DNA of 64,000 nucleotides. Origin: Stegostoma tigrinum. Its lineage: Eukaryota. Below are positions 24,831-39,369 of this stretch, piece after piece; positions within the stretch are counted from its first letter, which is position 1, and the number at the start of each line of letters is the position of its first letter. The stretch covers positions 26,654,647 through 26,718,646 of the forward strand of contig NC_081387.1 in NCBI RefSeq assembly GCF_030684315.1, given 5' to 3'. The notes beneath the pieces are model-generated. The model had not been told where the DNA came from. It searched no databases and saw nothing but the letters and a program-made list of their open reading frames with translations. The position numbers were made by a program, and so were the translations under genes.

Positions 24831-25370
24831 ACAGCGCACGCGCACGAGTTAAATCACCAAATAAAGGAAAAAAAATCAAAACCGCTTGAGCTCATAATTG
24901 ACCTGAAAATGTTCCCCCAAACGCGCTAATTAAGGGCAAAACTCCGAGGAGGAAATTGCCAGCAACATATACCTTGACATTGTTGGACTTTAGGATGGAA
25001 CCTGCAAACTGTGCCCTGTTTTGGCTCTTTGCCCCCATCCTGAGCAAGGACATTTTTAGAAAAGGCAGGGACATACTCCCCACCCCAAATGCCTCAGGAG
25101 GCTAATTAATCCTTTTCTTCAGTTTTTCCAGGATCTTCAAATATACTCTCAGTACCCAAAGCCCAGGCCGTTTGTTATTTAAAAGCATTCAGTTCACCTA
25201 GCCCCAACACAGATTTAAATTGTCCTCCGTCAAAGTCATCAACAATATTTGCTATAACTTAAACCATGGTGTAGAATCTGTCCTTGACACCTTTCAAGGC
25301 ACTGCATGGTTATTCTCTCCATCCTGATCTATCCTTCGTTTCCTGCCATGACCTGGTTGGAATCTTCACA

Positions 25371-25717
25371 GATCATAGAATCCCAACAGTGTAGAAACAG
25401 GCCATTCGGCCCAACGAGTCCACCCCATCCTACTGAAGACCATCCCAACCAGGCCCATTCCCCTACTCCTGTATTTCCCATTTCTAACCCATCCGGCCTA
25501 AACATCCCTGGGCACTATGGGATAATTTACCATGGCCAGTCCACCCTAACCTGCACGTCTTTAGAGTGTGGGAGGAAACTGGAGCACCCAGGGGAAACCC
25601 ATGAAAACACGGGGAGAATGTACAATCTCCACATGCATAGTCATCTGGGGCTGGAATCGAAAGTCGGTCCCTGGGGTTGTGAGGCAGCAGTGCTAACCAC
25701 TGAGCCACCATGCTGCC
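25371..25717 (-). mobile_element. HE1-like SINE
   Basis: Reverse complement of the SINE head, central domain and tail. Confidence 0.85.
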
Positions 25718-25857
25718 CATCTTCTCCCATCCAATCTGTCCCGAACATCTTCAGGATACCCTGGCTAATTTGTTAGGTGACCACAAGTTGCTTCTCATTG
25801 GGAATCTCTCTGCATTTTCTCAGCCATCTTCCATGTGGATGTTGGTGACAAAGCTAC

Positions 25858-26160
25858 ACAAAGAACAAAGAAAATTACAGCACAGGAACAGGCCCTTCGG
25901 CCCTCCAAGCCTGCGCTGATCAAGATCCTCTGTCTAACTTGTCATCTATTTTCTAACGGTCTGTGTCCATTTGCTCCCTGCCCATCCAAGTACCTGTCCA
26001 AATATATCTTAAAAGACGCTAAGTGTCTGCATCTACCACCTCTGCTGGCAACGCGTTCCAGGCACCCACCACCCTCTGTGTAAAGAACTTTCCACGCTGA
26101 TCTCCCTTAAACTTTCCTCCTCTCACTTTGAACTCATGATTCCTAGTAACTGAGTCCCCC
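25858..26160 (-). mobile_element. CR1 3' end, near-identical to 59378-59680
   Basis: caaagaacaaagaaaattacagcacaggaacaggcccttcgg... Confidence 0.85.
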
Positions 26161-26204
26161 ACACCTCTTTCTTTTACCCCTAAAATAAATTACAGCCTTA
26201 CATT

Positions 26205-27104
26205 TGAGCTCAGGAGTTGGGGCATCATGTTGCAGCTGTCTAAGACTTTGGTTAGGCCACTTTTGGAAAACTGCAATAAATTCCTTGCAATGTTCTTAAA
26301 CTTGAAAACATTCAGTTGAGATTTACAGGGATGTTGCCAGTGTTGAAATGTTTGAGCTGTAGGGAGAGGCTGAATAGACTGTGACTATTTTCTCTGGAGG
26401 AACTGACCTTGTAGAGGTTTATAAAATCATGAGGGTCATGAATAGTCACGGTCTTATCCTCAGGGTAAGGGTGTCCAAAATTAGAGGCCAAGGGGGAAGT
26501 TTAGGTTTGGGGGAGAGATTCAAAAGGGATCTGAGAAGCAAGATTTCCATGTACAACATGGTGCTTATATGGCGTGATCTGCCTGAGGAAGCGGTGGCTG
26601 GTACAGTTGTAAAAGGCAATCTAGATTCAGAAAAAAATCAAAAGAGTGTTGCAAGTGTTGGAAGGTTTCAGCTATAGGGAGAAGCTGAATAGGCTGGGGA
26701 TATTTTCCCTGGAATGTCAGAGGCTGAGGGGGTGACATTATAGAGGTTTTAAAATCATGAGGGACATTGGTTGGGGTGAATAGACAAGGTCTTTTCCCCA
26801 GGGTGGGGGAGTCCAAAACTAGAGGGCCATAGGTTTAAGGTGAGAGGGAAAAGATTTAAAAGGGGCCTAAGGGGCAACTTTTTCACGCAGAGGGTGGTGC
26901 GTGTATGGAATGACGTGCCACATGAAATGGTGGAAACTGGTACAATTACAAAAGGCAGTCTATTGAGTTAATAAAGAGGAATAATTTAGAGGGATATGGG
27001 CCAAATTCTGGCAAAAGGCACCAGATTAATATAGGTTATCAGGTCAGCGTGAACAGGTTGGACCAATCAGCTTGTTTCCATGCTGTACAGGTCCATAACT
27101 CTGT
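26205..27104 (+). mobile_element. Two tandem CR1-type 3' fragments
   Basis: DLVEVYKIMR-type motif occurs twice; ccataactct tail. Confidence 0.75.
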
Positions 27105-28495
27105 GAAATTTACAGCAGTCCCACTTGGTTCTCGGGATGAACTCCTGATTTTTTACAATCCCATTCCCAGCTTGGTTGTTTATCACCCTGAATCTTTTGT
27201 CACATTTATCCCTGTTTTGGTTTCTACCGTGTATTTCACTTTGACAGTTTTAGTTCCCTCCTTTCTACTGCTGGACGTTCCTCACATTGCACACATTTCC
27301 ATCATTATTAGCAGTAAGTGACTAGCAAGGGCGTCATTCATATGGAAACCAGTGGTGATCAGGTATAGCTTGGAATGCAGAATTGAGGCCGCAATCAGAT
27401 CAGCCGTGATCATATTGAATTATGAAGCAGTTTAGAGAGACTGAATGGCCTCTTGCTGCTCCTAATTTGTATGCTTATAGCAGCATCACTGAATCAGTGT
27501 AAAAGATCTTTTCTTAGAAATAACCATACCTGATAAATAGGTTAAACTGAGTCTCTGTACTGATAAGGTGTCCTGACTAATAGCAACACCTCTGATGTGG
27601 ACCTTGAAGGTTCATGGTAAAGGATCTTGGAGGAGTAAAGCAGTAAGCTAGTTGTCACAAAGTTTGCAGTTTCTCTCCTGCTTATGCAACCACAAAATTG
27701 ATTCAGTTCATATACAGTTGCTTATCCAAAGTGAGTCTCCCATCCCCAAAAATGGTGAAAGAACAGGAAGGGCAATAAATGAACCTTTGATAGGAGACAT
27801 GAATTGTCTACTCAGAGGAGTTATACAGTCATAGAGTCATACGGCACAGAAACAGGCCCTTTGGTCCAACCAATCCATGCTGACAATAATCCCAAACTAA
27901 ACTAGTCCTCACATCCTCTAAGAAATATCACCTTTTCATGTACTTATCCAAATGCCTTTTAAAATATTTAACTGTACTCACATCCACCACTTCTTCAGGA
28001 AGTTCATTCCACATTTGAACCACTCTAAGTGAAAAAAAATTGCCCTCATGTTTTTTAATTCCTTCTCCAGCCCCCTTAAAAATGTGCCCTCTCGTCCTGA
28101 AATCCCCCAGTCTAGGGAAAAGTCACTGGTTAAAATATTGATGCAGGGTTATATCATCAAGTAGACATGATGAAGGGTTTCATTGTTGGTGGTGAGCAAT
28201 TAGTGAGAGACTAAACTGAGTTGTAGATAGTCTACCACATGAATGTAAATAGCCTGATTGGAAAATGAAATTGAGGGGGTTGTCCTTGTACCTAGACATC
28301 AGTAGAGCAGATTATTTAATTTGAGCGCATAGGACCTTCCTATTCTGCAGTGAAAATGACAGTGAATTCATTTCATTTCATTGGGATACTGTACTGACGT
28401 GGAGCGGCTATATAAATGCAACAGTTTCATAGATTTCTTATTTTTTATTTGTTTGCAGAGTGTAGACAATACTCCCATCACAGTCATATTTCATT

Positions 28496-28652
28496 GATAA
28501 TGGGAACTGCAGAGGCTGTAGAATCCAAGATAACAAAGTGTGGATCTGGATGAACACAGCAGGCCAAGCAGCATCTCAGGAGCGCAGAAGCTTTTGTGCT
28601 CCTGAGATGCTGCTTGGCCTGCTGTGTTCATCCAGCTCCACACTTTGTTATC
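28496..28652. mobile_element. Short Penelope-type palindromic insertion
   Basis: Inverted arms around agaagctttt; flanking duplication cacagtcatatttcat 28479-28494 / cacagacatatttcat 28652-28667. Confidence 0.75.
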
Positions 28653-31600
28653 ACAGACATATTTCATAGTTGATCTCTGTTTTGTATTGTTTTCTCCAAT
28701 TAAAAAAATCAGTCCTTATGATACGGGTGTTCCATTAGTAGTGTTTGAGGATTTTGAACTAGTTTTGATGAAGTATCTGTGCTATGAAGGATTAAAAAAA
28801 AATCAGAAACAAGGACAGAATCAGCAAGTTAAGACAGTTTATCTTGGAGATCTGAAGACTGTGAGGGGATTTTATGGATGTTTTCAAAATCATATGGGAT
28901 CTGTACAGAGTAGATGAGGGAGAAATTGTTCCTATGCATGGAAGGGTTGGTCATGAGAAAGCACAGATAATTAGTCAAAGAATCAAAAGAATAAAAAGGA
29001 AAGGTTTTTTCAGACAGTGATTAAGGTCTGGAATGCATTGCCAGAGAAGGGTGAGGCAGATTTGATTGAAGCATTCGAAAGGGAGCTCAATGATAATTTG
29101 ACAGGAACGACATTGAGGGTAACAGGAAGACAGCAGAGGAATGGCACCAACTGAAAGGCTCATTTGGAATGCGGACATGAAAGGCCAAATGGCCTCTTTC
29201 TTTGCTGTGTAATTCCTATAGTCTCTATTGGTCAAATCAGGATGGTGTTTGACTCTGACAGGGACTCAGAATCACTAATATCCCCATGTTACTGCTGTTT
29301 TCTCCCCTGATACGTCACAGAAATGGAAAGAAGATTCTGTCAATAAAAGCTTGATGAGTTGGAGTTGTGTATCCCATCGAGTGGATAGATTTCAGTCACA
29401 ATGCCTTAGTGCAGATATTGAATCTATACCTGGGCTGGGCTCTGTGTAATATTTATTCACATGTACCGCATTATTTGCAGCTCCTTGTACTTAGTCTGTC
29501 CTTCCTAATGGCAAACACCCCTGACATAAACCTTGAAGATTCATAGTGAAGAATCTTGGAGGACTAAAGTGATAAGCTACTTGTCACAAAGTATGCAGTT
29601 TGTCTCCTGCTCCTGTAACCAGAAAATTGATCAGACTGTATGCAGTTCACTTTCGGGTCCATAATGGCCCACCCATCCCCAAAAAAATTGAATAAATGGG
29701 AAGGGCAATAAATGGACATTTGATAGTAGAGAAGAATGATCTACTCAGAAAGGTTATATTTTCAAGTAAATAGCGTGAACGATTTCACTATTGAGTCTCT
29801 CCACAGAACCCATTGCATGCAATTTCACCATGAGATCAAATACTAGGCTATTGGATTAAAACTACAGTACGGCATGATATGGAAACTGGTCATGAAAGAC
29901 AGCACTTTCACTGAGCGCAAGAAAATTTAATTCTAAACATTTGTTATGGTTGACAATACATATAAAGAAAGTATGAAGATGGCTTCTATTGCACACTGAC
30001 TGCTAAGAACAGAAACCTGCACCAATAGTTTATCTTGCAATTTCTTCCCCACGTTTGGCTTTTTGATTGAGGGAAGGTCATTGACAAAGCAGTTGAGGGT
30101 GGTTGGGCCAAGGACACAACTCTGAGGAACTTCTGCAGATATGTCCTGGAGCTAAGATAATTCCAGTAAGGGTCTTACGTTCACCAAAACATCAATAATT
30201 CAGGTATTGGAGAATCTGTGAATGTTCATCATCTGTCAGCTTAGAGGGGCAAATGATCACACTGCTCAGTCATGGTATATATGCCAAACCACTGGCTTAC
30301 ATATATTTTAGATACAACACACAGATTCAGGGCTATACCTAAATCATGGTATAGCAATCAATCATCTGCTATGTGTAAGTAGAAAACAGGGTAGATTCAG
30401 TTCTGACTGCAACTACATGAAATACAAAGTCTACCTGTTTCTTGTGTGTTTTATTACAAACTAGGATAAGAAATGTTGGCTGGCTGTTCAATACAATTAG
30501 AAGCAAAACATATTTGACTAAGGAGTTCTATCCTTACACTCATTATCTTCACACTGGCATTGTCCATTAAAATATGCTGGATGGAGATGAGAAAGGTTTT
30601 CCTGCCCCCAGCACCTATTGCTGATCCTAAAATGAGCTACAAGCCAGGTGAGTTAAGTAAATATACAGCTGAGATTAAACTTTGTTGTTATTTTTCCAAA
30701 AGGATTCTGGTTTTCACTGGATAAAGTTGTTGACTCTTTGAAATAAGAAGTAGATTGCCAATTTGGAGGAATCTTCCGAGTTTTTCTGGCAATGAGGAAT
30801 ACTCAAGCATTGCTCATAGTTGTAATTTTCTAATGAGCCCAAGCATTGTTGATGCTCCTTAATTTAGCCCTTTGGCTTTCTTTTTAAAATTCATTCAACA
30901 CACGTGGCTAGGCAGAACTTGTTACCTTTCCTTAATTGCACAGGGGACAGTAAAGAGTCAACCATATGCTGCGGATCTAGAGTCGCATGTCTTTCCTTCC
31001 AGAAAGATATTAGTGAGCCAAATGGCTTTTTCCTGATAATTTATCCATAGCCATCATAAGACTCTTAATTCCAGGTGTTTATTGAACTCAAATTCCACCA
31101 TCTGCTGGGGCAAGATTCAAACCCAGCTCCCCAGATCATTACTCGGTGCTTGGATTAACAGTTCTGTAACAACACCACTAGGCTGTCACGTCCCTGTACA
31201 AATTGTAGGGATTAGAAATGTATGGATTCATTCTCCTCAAAATACATTTCAAGTACCCTTGCTGAGGCCTCAAGCAAATGACTTCTAATAGTGCTAATTG
31301 GAGGAGCTGTGGAACTTAGACTGAGAATCATATGAAGTCTTTGCTTTCATTTGTTCTTGGGCTGTGAACATCACTGGGTAGCATTTGCTGCCCATCCTTA
31401 AATGCTCCAGAAAATCTGCCTGCTTGAACTTCTGCTGTGCATGCTGTGTAAGACACTCACAACACTCATCGGAACTGAATTCTAGGATTTTGATCCAGTG
31501 ACAGTGAAGAAACAGCAATATACTTTCAAGTCAGCGTGGTGTGTAACTTGGAGCAAGTGTTCTCATGAGTTTGTGCAGGATTTGGGTGAAAACCTTAAAT

Positions 31601-32867
31601 ATGTCTTAATGAAACCTCAAGTTGTTTATGGAGGTTGATAAGGACTGGGTGTATCACAATCAGCACAGATTAGGATATGATGAGATATTTTTGGGGTGAA
31701 CTAATGTTTAAGGAATGTGGAGGAGTTGAGATCCACGAAGGGAGCCTCGATGAAGATGGCAAAGTCATAGTCAAGGACTCAGTAGAAAATGGGATGAGTA
31801 GGGCATTGGTGGTTGTTAATGGCTAGGGAGTGTATTTTAAGTTTTATGACAGATTAATGACATTGAGGGCATATAAAGGGAGATTTCATTTCTGGCCCAT
31901 ATTCCTGATGTCTCTTAGCATTGAGGGTAAAGGTGGATCAGTAGATCAGAGGCCCTCCTTGTTGCTTGGCCTAAAGTGGCAGCAAGTTGCTCCGGTTAGC
32001 TGAGGGAGTTTGGTTTTTCTGCCTGTCTCTCTTGCATTTTTCCTTTGCACCCAAGTGTCTCTAGAGCAGGGTCATGTTTGATACCTTTCACAGCTGGAAG
32101 GTATTTGAGGGGGGTTACAGATAGTGATGGGATTTGTCGGGGCGCAAGCACGCATTATTATCTCATGTTTTAATTTGACAAATTCCCTTCAAAAGATTTG
32201 TGTCTTTTGCAGTAATAAAATCTTATCACTTTCAAAGGGGCTTATCATTTGTTTCTAATATTTTTCTCAAAAAATTACAAATAAAAGGATTTTTGGAGAC
32301 CCTAGGTGTTTAAGATTAGGCAGACATTTGTGCTGTTACATGTTACAACAAATTTAGTATTATGTATAATATTGGCATTCAATTTGTGACTTCAACTAAC
32401 TTTAGAATTGACTAATAGTGACCAATGTGATGGAAATAGAAGCAAATGATTTTGGGTGACAGGGAGTGTCTTGGTTTCACATTCAGCCAGCACTGTAATA
32501 TCCCCTTTTACCAAAGCTAATAACTGTGGGGAAGGGAGAAAGATTGTAAGGGTACTCAAGTGTACAATATTCGGCCCTCTGTATTTTGAAGCCAGGGTCC
32601 TGGGCAGCTTTGTTGTATTTAAGAATTGTAAAGCTGATTAATTCAGATCATGTTCACCATACCCACACAACTCCAATAGACATTAAGAACATCACTATAA
32701 GTGGCTCTGACCATGTTGCTCTTCTGATTCCTCCTAAATTCCCTCAAGCTCCCTGCAAACTGTAACGTTGCATCTTTGTCAACCTTACTTCTGATGTCTA
32801 GCTCAGTGGAAGGCTGTTCTCGATTATTCCCAAGTGAGTGCAGAGTGCAATTTAAGGCAAGACAGTG

Positions 32868-33232
32868 ACACAGTGGTAATATCACTTGACTAGTAACCAC
32901 AAGCCCCAGACGAAAGCTTTGGGGCCAATGGGTTTATAATCCACTATGACACATGGTGAAGTTTGATTCCATTAAAGAAAAAGATCTGGAATAAAAAGCA
33001 AGCCTAACTGCGACCGTATAACAGTTATCGATTGTTGTAAAAACCCATCAGGCTCACTAAGAACCTCAGGGAAAGGAACTTATCATGATTACTTAGTCAG
33101 GTTGCATGAAACTCCAGATTCACAGCAATGTGGTTGACTCGTGACTTCTGTATGGACCAGTTGGGATGGGCAGTATATGGGCGATATGTGCTGGCCTAGC
33201 TGGTGATGTTCACACCCCATGAATGAATAAAG
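32868..33232 (+). mobile_element. Old tRNA-headed SINE (SacSINE1/Deu-type-like)
   Basis: cagtggtaatatcacttgactagta head, ccacagcaatgtggttgactc-like core and ccccatgaatgaataaa tail. Related pieces at about 30890-31190 (-), 48055-48200 and 51460-51750 (-). Confidence 0.55.
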
Positions 33233-33456
33233 AGAAATACACAAGCTCTCTGTCAAATTGTCTCTTTTGATCTTTGCGTTATGACCTCAGGGGTTCCCCA
33301 ATAATTCACAACCTTATCGACCTGCTGCACTGTGGTGACTCCATTCAAAGATATAGGGGCACTTGACAAAAGGCTTTGCCTCTCTACCACTACCCACACT
33401 CTTTCGATTGTCCATGCTGCTTGACTGCTAACCCAGCAGCAATCTTGGATGAGCTA

Positions 33457-34702
33457 CAATTGCAATAATGTGATCACCCAGCTGAGGAAAATATGCAATT
33501 TAGCTCATAGAGTCATAGATTCAGTCCACTCAGAGGAATGAAAATAGCAAGTCCTGGAGAAAATCAGCTGGTCTGGTAGCACCTATGGAGAGGTGAGAGG
33601 GCTAATGTCTTAAGTCTGATATGATTTATTTAGTTTTGAGATGCTGACAGACCAGCTGAGCTTTTCTAGTACATTCTGTTCATTGCTCAGACCTCCAGCA
33701 TCTGCAGTAGTTTGTTCCTGCAAAGAATGACCTTGTACAAACATGATAGTACTTTACAGGATTTCTCAAATTTGTTTCATCGCCAACTTATTTTTCCACA
33801 GTGTTGAAATATTCTCCTCTTCCAGTAATTGTTCAATTACCTTTTGGAAGTTTCTGATAAATGTGCTTTTGTCACTCTTTTATCAGCAGATCAATTCACT
33901 GTATGCCTTCTCATCAAGCCTTTGATCTGGTTCCACCAACTATTAAATAATTCTAGTCAATGTCACTTGTTGTGTAACTGAGGATTGTTGTAATATATTT
34001 TATTGTGCCCCACTCAAGTCCAATTTAATTCAGAAGGTAAAAGTAGGATGCTTGTGGAGCAGTGGTGGAATCCCTATATCCGAGCCCGGAGTCTCAATTG
34101 CTCTGAAATGAGTTATAACATCTCTGAATGGATTGATTAAAAAATGTTTTAAAATATTCACACCCTTTACAAATCAGACAATTCTGCCTTGTTCAAAGAA
34201 GTCAGTCATTTTCTTGATTACATAACTGACCTCCAGGTCAGAAGCATGATGAGAAGACATGCAGTGAATCGATTTACTGCCTGAAAGAGTGACAGAAGCG
34301 CATTTATCAGAAACTTTCAAAATGCAATTGGACAATTACTGGAAGAGGAGAATATTTCAGGGCTGTGGTGAATTAACTTGGTAGTGAAACAAGTTTGAGA
34401 AATCCTGTAAAGTTCTATCTACAGGGCCATTCTTTGCAGGAGCAAACTACTGCAGATGCTGGAGGTCTGAACAATGAGTAGGAAGTACTGGAAAAGTTCA
34501 GTTGGTCTGTCAGCATCTCAGAACTAAATAAATCATATCAGACTTGAGACATTAGCCCTCTCTTCTCTCCACAGGTGCTGCCAGACCAGCTGACTTTCTC
34601 CAGGACTTGCTATTTTCATTCCTCTGAGTAGTCTGAATTCATGATTCGATAAGCTAAATTGCATATTTTGCTCGGCTGCGTAATCACACTATTGCATTTG
34701 CA
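33457..34702. repeat. About 280-bp inverted duplication (33457-33737 versus 34421-34702)
   Basis: Arms align by eye as reverse complements, including sequence outside the embedded Penelope-type piece. Confidence 0.8.
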
Positions 34703-35499
34703 CCAGGTTGCCTTGTTTAGTTTTTGATTCCTGATGGGTTCAGTTTGAATAATCCTTTGAATTCTAAAAAGATCGCCACATTCAAAAATGAATTTAGTGC
34801 TGTATATGGCAAGATTTAATAGTGCTACTACATAACACATGAAGATTAAGTATCTGAGCCAGAAGCAGCAAAGGCTGGCAACAAATAGCATTTGCAGAAA
34901 GAAACAGGGCTGGATAGCCCTGAGGAAATAGACTGGATAAGGTGGCAATATTTTCAGAAGAACAACAAAGGGCAGTTGGGGATCTGATTGAGGTGTACAA
35001 AGTTCTGTGCTGCATAAATAGGGTGCAACCTTTACATTTAATAATAGGATCACAGTTTTAACACTAGGTGATTTTGAGGTGATTTGAGTGTGGCAATTTT
35101 CATCTACATGGAATTCACTGCCTGAAAGGGTCTTAGAAGCAGGAACCCTGAATACATTTAAGATAATGAGAAATTGAATCATCCTACCACAAGGCCAAGG
35201 GCTGAGTGCAAGAGAATAGTAATAAGACAGATGAATGCTGGATGACTGGCGCATAGATGATGGGCTGAAGGACCTCTTTCAGCGGTGTGAAAACTGAATG
35301 GCACTATTAAACCAAACTGGACAAAAATATTTTACTCTGATTTCCGCTCCACAGATTCTCGGTATGTGAACCTTTCTTTTGTCCTTCCCCTTTTTGGTAC
35401 CTACGAGTTATGTTGGATTCCATGTGCTGTCAGTGTCCCCACCCCCTCAGAGCATGCCTGAAAGCCCGAGAGTTTGGCGGCAAATCTGGAGTGCTTCTG

Positions 35500-35618
35500 A
35501 TTGGTTCATTGGTACTCATTGTTCTTAGCACACAATGGATACGTTCAAATATCATACTCTCTGCCAATAGGAATTCCCCACTCTCTGATCCTTCATTTGC
35601 ATGCACGGAGCTATTAAA
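35500..35618 (+). promoter_or_regulatory. H2B promoter: CCAAT boxes, octamer, TATA
   Basis: ATTGG at 35500 and 35508, CCAAT 35564, ATTTGCAT 35595-35602, TATTAAA 35612. Confidence 0.85.
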
Positions 35619-35671
35619 GCAGGCACACAAATTGACTCTGTTCACCACAAAACTCCACGTTCGTTCACAAC

Positions 35672-36052
35672 ATGCCTGAAGCAGCGGCTAAGGGTATGGC
35701 GCCCAAAAAGGGTCCCAAAAAAGCGGCAACCAAGAAGCGCGTAAAAGGCGAGAAGAAGCGCAAGAAGAGCAGGAAGGAGAGCTACAGCATCTACATCTAC
35801 AAAGTGCTGAAGCAAGTCCACCCTGACACCGGCATTTCCTCCTCCGCTATGAGTGTCATCAACTCGTTCGTCAACGACATCTTCGAGCGAATCGCCTGCG
35901 AGGCTTCCCGCCTCATCCGCTACAGCAAGCGTCAGACTATCTCCTCCCGGGAGATACAAACCACAGTCCGCCTGCTGCTGCCCGGCGAGCTGGCCAAACA
36001 CGCTGTGTCCGAGGGCACCAAGGCGGTCACCAAGTACACCAGCTGTAAATGA
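35672..36052 (+). CDS. H2B: Divergent histone H2B (126 aa, two Cys)
   Basis: [23 protein letters not shown]...[26 protein letters not shown]. Confidence 0.96.
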   Translation: MPEAAAKGMAPKKGPKKAATKKRVKGEKKRKKSRKESYSIYIYKVLKQVHPDTGISSSAMSVINSFVNDIFERIACEASRLIRYSKRQTISSREIQTTVRLLLPGELAKHAVSEGTKAVTKYTSCK

Positions 36053-36097
36053 AGCGTCTCGCCAGTCAATATTACCAATATAATAACTTAACCCAAA

Positions 36098-36113
36098 GGC
36101 TCTTTTCAGAGCC
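36098..36113 (+). terminator. Histone stem-loop of H2B-1
   Basis: CAAA-GGCTCTTTTCAGAGCC-ACTCA; HDE-like AGAGGGAGCT. Confidence 0.95.
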
Positions 36114-36671
36114 ACTCAAAAGTATCCAGAGGGAGCTACCGCTCATTTGCTATATACTGGGCAGCTCAATTTTGATTGTCCACAGGCTCGCTGCTTTGAT
36201 TAGTCAGTTTTATCAGCGTTTTGGTTTTAATTTTAAGTTGTGCCTTAAAATAGATTGGTTCCTGATGGCTTGCTGTCATCTTTCTGGTTACCGCAAGTGA
36301 AATAAACAAATGTTTGTTATAGAATGTCTGCATTTTCTTTGTGCGTCACAATTCCAGCCTTCTGAGTGGCGCGTAGTCTTCGTTTAGTTCCAATTTTACC
36401 TGCGTTTTAGTTTTACTTGCATGTTTACATTGATTGGCTACGTAACCAATGTCAATTTCACATAAAATAGGCTCTGGCTACTGATAACGCGTTGTCTTTG
36501 TCCCGGCTGCTACAAGTGAAATAAATTCCACAAGTTGTATACTGTTAGCGTTTTCTTTGTGTTCCACGTTTCCAGCGATATATTTGCCCGTTTGAGTAGC
36601 ACGGTAAGTTACGCCGCGTTACACCAGTCAGCGTGCCGTAGTTTGGACTTAAAGATAGCAGTTATTGTTGA

Positions 36672-37325
<654 letters not shown>

Positions 37326-37359
37326 ATTTGCGATTAAATACGTCAGAAAGGAAACCAAC

Positions 37360-37375
37360 GGCTCTTTTAAGAGCC
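37360..37375 (+). terminator. Histone stem-loop of H3
   Basis: CCAAC-GGCTCTTTTAAGAGCC-ACGAA. Confidence 0.95.
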
Positions 37376-38469
37376 ACGAATTTTTCCAGCGAAGTGTTGT
37401 AGGGCCGAAAGAATGATGGGTATTGTTGGGTATAAGTTTTAATTAATTCGTACTGTAGTCTTACGACCATAAATGTCTGGTATTTGAGGCTAGTTTAGAA
37501 AGAGAAGTAACGAGACAGCAGTGTACTTAGAATCCGTATAACGTGCAAACAGCTCATTCGGCCCAATAAGTTCATCGTACACTTAAGTGCGTCCCACCCA
37601 CACCCAATTCTCTACACCATCCTTGTAATCTTGTATTTCCCATGGCTAACCCACCTGCATATTCCTGGGCAATCGATTTCATGTTGTAAATTCTTTTTTT
37701 CCTCCATTGTTATACCCTGGCAGATCGCCACAAAATGCATTCCTGTTGCGCCAAGGGCCTCCAGCTCAAAATTAAACTAATACGGTCAATGGTTCCCCAG
37801 AATATTAGTGGCCCGTGAATCCCACTTACGAGACCATACGTTTATAAAGTTTAACTTCTAACTCCAGATTATTTACAACAGTTGTGTAGTTATGCCACTA
37901 GGCTTTAGGAATCCTCCCCCAACCCAATCCTTGCTCCTATACCGCCCCGCCCTCCCTTTAAATTTAGAAGTTTGAGAACAACCGAAGGAAAAAAAAAGTT
38001 ATGCAAATGTATGCCCGAATATTACACTTCCACGCAAATGAACTTGGGCCACTACAAATGAGTGGAATTTACAGGCTTCAGTGGTCGAAACTTTGGTTAC
38101 ACTTTATTACAGCCAAGAAGCGCAGACTAGTGGATTTTTCTAACAAAGTGATGTCAGCATTTTATATAGAGCGTATATGTTACTTCGGGTAGAATGGGGG
38201 TAGGGAAGGAAACACTGCTCCACAGAGGGCAGGAATAGAAGGGCTGATGTTCGCCAGCAAAGAAACTATCGAGGCGCTATCACTTTGCTTCCTGCAGTTC
38301 TCGTTTTTAACTTTGTCAAATATCTAGCTCGACAAAAGCGTTGTCAAGACTTTTCGCAGCAGCCATAATTTCTCGAAATTCCTTAAAATCACAGAATCTA
38401 ATCTCGCGCCTACTCATCAAATCCCCCCATTGAAACAACCTGGATTAAGCTCGTTCATAAGAATTGAGC

Positions 38470-38485
38470 GGCTCTGAAAAGAGCC
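38470..38485 (-). terminator. Histone stem-loop of H2A
   Basis: CAAA-GGCTCTTTTCAGAGCC-GCTCA; HDE-like GAACGAGCT. Confidence 0.95.
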
Positions 38486-38537
38486 TTTGTGGTTTGTTTT
38501 GTTGAATTGATCTTTGTATCTCAGATCTCCCCCCAGT

Positions 38538-39143
<606 letters not shown>

Positions 39144-39369
39144 AGTCATCACCGGGAATTGCAGCGGGACAGATTTGCGGGCTGCCCAACTCTGAAGAAG
39201 GTTTACCGGACCGAAACATTAACGCTGGGTTTCTCTACAGATACAGCCAAACCCGCTGATTTTCTCCAGCAACTTACGTTTTTACTTCAGATTTTCAGCA
39301 TTCGTAGTTTTTTGATATATTTTAGGTGTTTATCCCCCGATCAGTAACAAAGTTGATACATTGCAAAAT

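Noticed and set aside
24300-25100. Possible snRNA (for example U7) driven by the octamer element
   Set aside because: No Sm site plus hairpin or other recognisable snRNA sequence seen on either strand.
34616-35254. 212-aa minus-strand ORF
   Set aside because: Spans antisense CR1 remnants and the inverted-repeat arm; no protein motif.
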